From the human T2T-CHM13v2.0 reference genome, Homo sapiens: a DNA stretch of 64,000 nucleotides. This document shows, one piece after another, positions 56,380-64,000 of this stretch (position 1 is the stretch's first letter; every line of letters begins with the position of its first letter). The position numbers and the translations under genes were made by a program. The stretch lies in NCBI RefSeq assembly GCF_009914755.1, contig NC_060932.1; one strand, given 5' to 3'. Under the pieces are notes generated by a model. It was given only the letters and a program-made list of their open reading frames with translations, searched no databases and had not been told where the DNA came from.

Positions 56380-56683
56380 TCATGGTAGCCCCTAGTCATA
56401 TGTAGCTTTTGAACATCTGAAATAGCACTAGCCTAAGCTGAGATGTGCTGTAAGTATAAAATACATACCAGATTTTAAAGACTTAGTACAGTTAGAGAAT
56501 ATAAAATATCTCATTAATGATTTATTCTCTCTCTTACATATTAAATTGATAATATTTGGGATATATTGGGTTACATAAATTATAAAAATTTGTTTTACTT
56601 GTTTCTTTTTATGTTTTAAGATGCCAATTAGGAAATTTAAAATTATGTGCTTTTCTCTTGCGTTTCATATTATATTTTTATTA
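56380..56683. mobile_element. MER33-like hAT element
   Basis: ggtagcccctagtcatatgtagc...gagatgtgctgtaagtataaaatacataccagatttt. Confidence 0.7.
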
Positions 56684-57630
<947 letters not shown>

Positions 57631-57827
57631 ACTAATACATTTCAGATTTGAAAGAGCTAGTTCAACAAAAAAATATAAAATAGCTCATTATTAATTTCTT
57701 CTTTCTCTTACATGTTAAATTGGTAGCATTTGGGATATATTGGGTTAAGTAAATTATTTTATAAAAATCAGTTTTACTTGTATCCTTTTACATTTTGAAT
57801 ACGACTATTATAAAATTTTAAATTATG

Positions 57828-58035
57828 GACCAGGCAGAGTGGCTCATGTCTGTAATCCCAGCACTTTGGGAGGCCAAGGCGGGCAGATGATTTAAAGACA
57901 TGAGTTCGAGACCAGCCTGGTCAACATGGTGAAACCCCGTCTCTACTAAAAATATAAAAATTAGCTGGGTGCAGTGGCACACATCTGTAGTCCCAGCTAC
58001 TTGGGAGGTTGAGGCAGGAGAATTGCTTGAACCCA
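57828..58035 (+). mobile_element. 3'-truncated Alu
   Basis: Sense Alu ends abruptly at gcttgaaccc with no tail. Confidence 0.85.
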
Positions 58036-58371
58036 TTATGCAGTTTCACAAGTCCTCCCGTGTTTCACATGATATTTGTACTGGTTCTAGAGAATCCTTG
58101 AGTGAGCTGTCGCCCTCATATAATGTTGGAAAGATATGCCACCTGTATTTCTGGCCCATTTTCAAGTTTTGAATATTTTGTTCTTCACAGAAATAGATCA
58201 TTTTAATTTTCTTTATTTTTTATAATTTTACACAATTTCTAAAGTAAATAAGTGTTCATTTTATAATCTGAAAAAGATTATTTTTCAAGTCCTTCTGAAT
58301 ATTGGAATAAAACATCTAAGTCAGGTTAGGAGATAAAAAGCACATAAAGCAGGATTTGGAAAGACTCAGAG

Positions 58372-58664
58372 CCAGGCGCGGTGGCTCATGCCTGTAATCT
58401 GAGCACTTTGGGAGGCTGAGGCAGGCAGATCACCTGAGGTCTGGAGTTCGAGACCAGCCTGGCCAACATGGTGAAACCCCCATCTCTACTAAAAATACAA
58501 AAAATTAGCCAGGCATGGTGGCGGGCACCTATAATCCCAGCTACTCGGGAGGCTGAGGCAGGAGAATTGCTTGAACCCTTTTGGGCGGTGGGGGCGGAGG
58601 TTGCAGTGAGCCAAGATGGCGCCATTCTACTCCAGCCTGGGCAACAAGAGCGAAACTCCGTCTC

Positions 58665-58690
<26 letters not shown>
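58372..58690 (+). mobile_element. AluSq/Sp-like with a short insertion in the right arm
   Basis: ggcaacaagagcgaaactcc diagnostic; extra ttttgggcggtg after gaaccc. Confidence 0.9.
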
Positions 58691-58695
<5 letters not shown>

Positions 58696-59102
58696 GGACT
58701 CAATGGCACTTTCAGCTATGTTACCTCAAAAGTCCTCCTGTGAGTTATTTTCACTAATGATGTTACGCAGCCAAGCATCTCTTAAAGTCTATTTCAGAGA
58801 AAATGAGAGAGGCCCCAGGCGTGAACTGTAAAAGCATTGTCTGGATGAAAAGGAGCTTCACTGTACTTCTCTGAGGAAAACACCCTCCCAACTAGTTATC
58901 AAACGGACAGCCTAGGACTAATCCTGCAGGTAAGTCAGGGAACCGTGTGAGCTTGAGTGGCAGAGTTTTGGAGAAGGTGGAGAGATCCATAGATGCTACA
59001 TAAGGTTCCTTTAACGTTGGCGGCTGCCTGAGATTCCTAAGGGTCCTCGGATCCCAGGGTTGTTATATCTGTATCTGGTCCTACAGTCTGTACATAACAG
59101 AC

Positions 59103-59154
59103 CTTGCAGGTTCTGACCAACTTCTATGGGTAACACCTGTCCCAGAGGTAGCCT
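59103..59154 (-). pseudogene. Candidate relic exon D (52 nt)
   Basis: Weak acceptor CCCTTAAAG|AG, donor AAG|GTCTGT; phase 1 to 2, open: (E)ATSGTGVTHRSWSEPA(S). Confidence 0.4.
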
Positions 59155-59927
59155 CTTTAAGGGTAATTTCATTTTGTTGGTATTTGGGTGAAATTTAGGT
59201 ATATAAAAGCCAAGACACTGAGGTTTGTGTTCTAGCCTGCTACACTTGTGTTCCCTATGATTGGCAATGTAAAACTTCTCCATACATGAAAATAAATGTT
59301 ATACATTTAGAAGTCAAGGTCACTCATCATCTCGAATCTAATCCATTAGATTTTCCAAGCTATGAGCATTTTCTCTAAAGTATGTAACATACAAATAAGT
59401 AATAGGATCCCTAATCACTTGGGTCTTCAGGAGGGAGGACATAACTCATGCAGAAAAAATAGTATTTATATGAATTGTAAAACTAAAATGGCAATTTCTT
59501 TTAAAAACAAATGATCATCTCTATTTTTTTTTAAAGGGAGAGTACCAATTCTTTAGTTAGACATAATGGCAAAAGTAATTTATTCATGTGTCTTCTGTTT
59601 GATTTTTTAATTTGAATCAACTGCCAAGATTTTCAAGTTCACTTAGCAAAATGTAGACTAGCTGAAGTTGGAACTACTTCACCAAGACATGTTTAATAAA
59701 CAAACTAAAAGGATGATGTTCTCTCTGTCCATGCCTCTGTTCTTAGGAGCAGAACAGAGCAGCTCAAGCAGCAGTTTCCGAATTGCATAAGCTCAGCTCC
59801 ACGCAGATTGGTTGAACACACTTTGCTTCCTCTTACTTCTATTTTCACTGGCCTAACTCCATTAGTCCTGTGGGCCTCTTCCTTTCACCTAGGCTTTTAT
59901 GGAGCTGCTGTCTTCCAGTGTTCTATT

Positions 59928-60830
59928 CCTGTGGTTCTCAAAGTATGGCCTAAAGACTTTTAGAGTACCCCAAATCCTTTTAAGGACATTTGAGAAATTA
60001 AAAAACATTTGTAATAATATTAAGATCTTACTTGCTTTTTCCACTGTGCTAAAATTTGCCCTGAAAGTGCAAAAACAATAGTGAGTGAAACTGCTGCCTA
60101 GCATGAATCAAAGTAGCGGTCCCAAACCATGCCAATAGTCATTGCATTTCTCACTAGTGTGCATTCCACTTAAGAATGTTCTGGATGAAACAATAAAAAT
60201 TATTAATTCCATGAATGGTGACCCTTAAGTACATTTCTTTTTAATATTTCATGTGAGGAAATAGGAAGCACACCAAAGCACTTCTGCTGCATACCAAAGT
60301 ACTACGGTGGTCTCAAGAAAAAGTATATGTAGTGAATATTTTTTCCTGGTATACAAAAATCCATTAGTTTATACAGACTGAAATGTAGTAGTCTACTTTG
60401 AGTGGGTCTTTGACTCATGTTCCACATTTTGTAAAAGCATGCATTTGTCATTTGGAACATATTGGTTCACAGAGTTTTACAAGTCTTCCAAATGTTGACT
60501 CATTAAATTTGAGATTCCATAAGTTTATCTACCACTTGTAGAATTTTTCTAGAACAATGAGAGAGAATATCCACAATTATATGAAAAGGGTATTAAAATC
60601 CCCCTACCTTTGCAAGCTATATATTTGTGTACAGCCTCATTTTCTTCATATATGTCAACCAAAAGAACATAACACAACAGATTGAATGCTGAAGCAGATA
60701 TGATCTTCCAGATGTCTTATATTGTTAAACATCAGACAGATAAAACACATAAACAAGTGGCTCTGGGTCCTCAATAATTTTTAAAATTGTAGAGTGGTCT
60801 TTAAGACCAAAATGTTTGAAAACTGATGAT
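59928..60830 (+). mobile_element. Charlie1-like hAT DNA transposon
   Basis: gtggttctcaaagtatgg start; ...gggtcctcaataatttttaa...gaccaaaatgtttgaaaactgatg end. Confidence 0.65.
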
Positions 60831-60889
60831 CTGGTCCAATCTTGTCTCATTCCGGAGACCTTTGTTCATGCCTCCTCTGATGTCATCTA

Positions 60890-61066
60890 GCACAGTGCTT
60901 TTTGAACTTCAATGTGCATGCTGTCTACCTGGGGAAAACGCTAAATAAAATGCAGATTCTGATGCAGTCCCTCTGGGCTGAGGCCTGAGCTCCTGCTTTT
61001 CTAACAGCTGCCCAGAAGATGCCAATGCTGCATGGCCATAGGTCCTACCTTAAGTAGCAAGGGTCT
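60890..61066. mobile_element. MER5A
   Basis: aaaatgcagattctgatgcagt...gggctgaggcctgag...ttctaacagctgcccagaagatgccaatgctg. Confidence 0.75.
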
Positions 61067-61539
61067 AACATATGCTGCCTGCATCTCTCACATAATCCTA
61101 TCATTTCCAGCCTTGTGACATTTGAGTTACCTTACTTCTATTATTATTATTATTGTTGTCATTACCACCATTAGTATTGTGTCTTATGAAACTATTACCA
61201 AATTGGTGTCAGAAACTGTGCTAAGAACTTTATATGTATTTTCTCATTAGTGCTTACAGCATTCCTGTGACATAGGTTCCATTGCTCTCTATAGCTCAGG
61301 AGACTGGGGAAGGGTAATTTGTCAAGATCTGATACTGTGCCCATTTGACTCCATGGCCAATGCTACTAACCACTCCATTAAAGGAATTTGCATCATTTTA
61401 ATTCCTATAATCTATTTTCAATTGTATATACTTGCTTGCCTTTCAGTTTAGATTATATGCTCCATGGGGTCAAAACACAAGCATTATCTCAGTCATCTCT
61501 ACATTTTGCCCAGTGATCTATTCAAATGGTGATGAATAA

Positions 61540-61955
<416 letters not shown>

Positions 61956-62519
61956 GGACTATTTAAATATCCAGTAGTGATGTTGGATCTGATGAATTCC
62001 TATACTTTTTCTCTAGCTCCTTTGGCCCAAAATTTAGGCCCATGATGTCTTATAAAGGTATTTCCGGAGTACACAGCATGGTTGAACATCTACATTTCTT
62101 TTTAATTAATTAATTAATTGGCAATATGTAAAAATCAGGGAATTTTACAGAAAATCCAGATCAATCGCTGTGGCTGAAATGGTGTCGCAACTCCATTTGA
62201 CTGGAATGCGACACCAGTCGCATTGACTGGAAATGAGAAGCAGTCACTCTCTTTAGCAGGTTCACGCTCTCCTGCTTGGTACAGGGCCTGGTTTCACCAT
62301 CCTTGCCTCCACTCCTCAAGTGCCTTCAGTCATTTAAGTTTGTGTCCCCAATTTTAGGACACAGGCATGCTTTTATAAATATTTTTCTTTTCACCACAAG
62401 ACAAAACATAAGTCAAAGAAGCAGTTATTACATTAAAGTCATTTCTACAAAATTCCTGACAGTATATATTTTTTTAAAAGATCAGCTTAAATCTTTTCTT
62501 GTTGAAGTTTCATAATTGC

Positions 62520-62578
62520 CGTGCTCTTCAAGGTCTCTGCAGAGGATCACTAGCAGCCAGTTCTCTCTGAGGTTTTGC
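62520..62578 (-). pseudogene. Relic exon C (59 nt)
   Basis: Strong acceptor TTTCCTTTTCCTTCCCTCTCAAG|G; phase 2 to 1, open: QNLRENWLLVILCRDLEEH; donor CG|GCAATT. Confidence 0.65.
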
Positions 62579-62884
62579 CTTGAGAGGGAAGGAAAAGGAA
62601 AGCAGAAAGAAAATTTTCACGAGGAAGAGTTAAGAAGGGACTAAAGTTTGGGAAATGGCATGGAATGACAATGGGAGATGAATGAATGAAGGAGAATAGA
62701 CAGAGTGTTTCAAAACTGGGTACTTTTGAAAGTTATCCCCTTTTTTTTTTTGAAGTTCAAAATCATAATTCGTAGTTTGTACCTGAAAGAACAGTTTTTT
62801 GAAAGCCCAGGGTCAACTCTGCCTTTCTCTTAAAAGCGTCATCAGGAAAGACCAAGTGTACCCTTAAGGGGAAAGAAAATAGCA

Positions 62885-63010
62885 ACAATTAGCATTTGAA
62901 TGGGCTTCTTAAAGTTTATAGAGCTCTTTTACTTACCTTAACTCATTTGATCCTCACTGCAATCTAGTGAGTAGGTATTATTACCTTTCTATTATAGATA
63001 AAGATACCAA
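62885..63010 (-). mobile_element. MIR fragment
   Basis: actcatttgatcctcactgcaatc...gagtaggtattattacc...tatagataaagatac. Confidence 0.6.
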
Positions 63011-63048
63011 GCCTTAAAACTCCGTCTCACTCGCTCCAGGACACTTAT

Positions 63049-63531
63049 CTATTAAGTAGGTAGAAGAATCTAACCACATCCTTTGCTCCTTCCATTCTCC
63101 GCAGTAGGTTATTGGCATAAAATTACGATGAATGCATACAGTTAAGCTGCATATTGGACTAGAGCTCATTGAGATTAAGAACACTGGCCGGGAGTGGTGG
63201 CTCATGCCTGTAATCCCAGCACTTTGGGAGGCCGAGGCGGGCGGATCACGAGATCAGGAGATCGAGACCATCCTGGCTAACACGGTGAAACTCCGTCTCT
63301 ACTAAAAATACAAAAAAAAAAAAAAAAAAAATCAGCCGGGCTTTGGCAGATGCCTGTAGTCCTAGCTAGCTACTCTGGAGGCTGAGGCAGGAGAATGGCG
63401 TGAACCAGGGAGGTAGAACTTGCAGTGAGCTGAGATCACGCCACTGCCTTCCAGCCTGGGCGACAGAGCGAGACACTGTCTCAAAAAAAAAAAAAAAAAA
63501 AGATTAAAAACACTAACTTTTAGCTCTGAAT
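63049..63531 (-). pseudogene. Relic exon B (PX C-terminal helices), interrupted by AluY
   Basis: 154 nt after removing the Alu and one TSD copy, phase 1 to 2: (D)SELKVSV(L/F)[40 protein letters not shown](R); donor AG|ATAAGT (GT to AT). Confidence 0.7.
63186..63500 (+). mobile_element. AluY with an expanded A-linker, inserted in relic exon B
   Basis: gagatcgagaccatcctggctaacacgg and gagaatggcgtgaacc; 14-bp TSD agattaagaacact (63172-63185) / agattaaaaacact (63501-63514). Confidence 0.93.
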
Positions 63532-63614
63532 CTCCATAAAAACACTTAGTAAATATGTAATTAATTTAATCTAGATATTACGTCTAACATAATTCTTTTT
63601 GTCACTGCAGTTAA

Positions 63615-63678
63615 CTGTACTTAGGGAGGCTTCTATCTATTCTCAGCCCATCTTTGCTTGAAGTTAAGTTTATTTCTT
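63615..63678 (-). pseudogene. Relic exon A (PX proline-loop region, frameshifted)
   Basis: Acceptor AATATAG|AAG; one frame reads SKDGLRIDRSLPKY (NOXO1 has EAGLLRRSDRVLPKL); donor decayed. Confidence 0.6.
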
Positions 63679-63769
63679 CTATATTTATGCTTATTAAATA
63701 AATGATATATGAGTGGAGAACCAATGGCAACTTTGTTGCCTTCTAGTTTTTTGTCCTGTTTCTAATGAG

Positions 63770-63815
63770 GGTGTGTGTATTGTGTGTGTGTGCATATTGT
63801 GTGTGTGTGCATATG
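63770..63815. repeat. Imperfect (TG)n microsatellite
   Basis: gtgtgtgtattgtgtgtgtgtgcatattgtgtgtgtgtgc. Confidence 0.8.
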
Positions 63816-63933
63816 TATGGGGTAGAGGGAGATTGAAGCCAAAAATTGAGCTTTATAGATATGCATGCCTTTACCCTTATTAGAATTTGGCCTATAGCTG
63901 TTCTTTTCCATGATTAAAGTTCGAAACTACCCT

Positions 63934-64000
63934 AGCCAGCATGGTGAAACCCCATCTCCACTAAAAATACAAAAATTAGCCAGGCATGGTGGTGGGCACC
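63934..64000 (+). mobile_element. Partial Alu running off the window edge
   Basis: gccagcatggtgaaaccccatctccactaaaaatacaaaaattagcc. Confidence 0.85.

Noticed and set aside
62520-62578. QNLRENWLLVI as a PH-domain C-terminal helix
   Set aside because: The upstream exons match PX-domain motifs, not PH strands

Overview
Primate (human-like) intergenic or intronic DNA, AT-rich and dominated by transposable elements: about 20 Alus, nested old L1s, MaLR and ERV solo LTRs, a two-LTR MER31-type provirus, and hAT/Tigger fossils. I found no intact protein-coding gene, tRNA, rRNA or CRISPR array. The ORF-track entries are mostly repeat-derived or chance ORFs. The main non-repeat signal is on the minus strand from about 63.7 kb down to 51.8 kb: a chain of up to seven decayed exons with compatible splice phases. 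They reconstruct the C-terminal half of a PX (phox-homology) domain resembling NOXO1/p47phox/Tks, a long low-complexity region, and a tail that aligns by eye with the p47phox C-terminal helices. Stops, broken splice sites and an AluY inside one exon point to an intron-containing, probably unitary pseudogene whose 5' exons lie beyond the right edge of the window. All repeat names and protein similarities come from recognition by eye, not from searches, and boundaries of old repeats are approximate.
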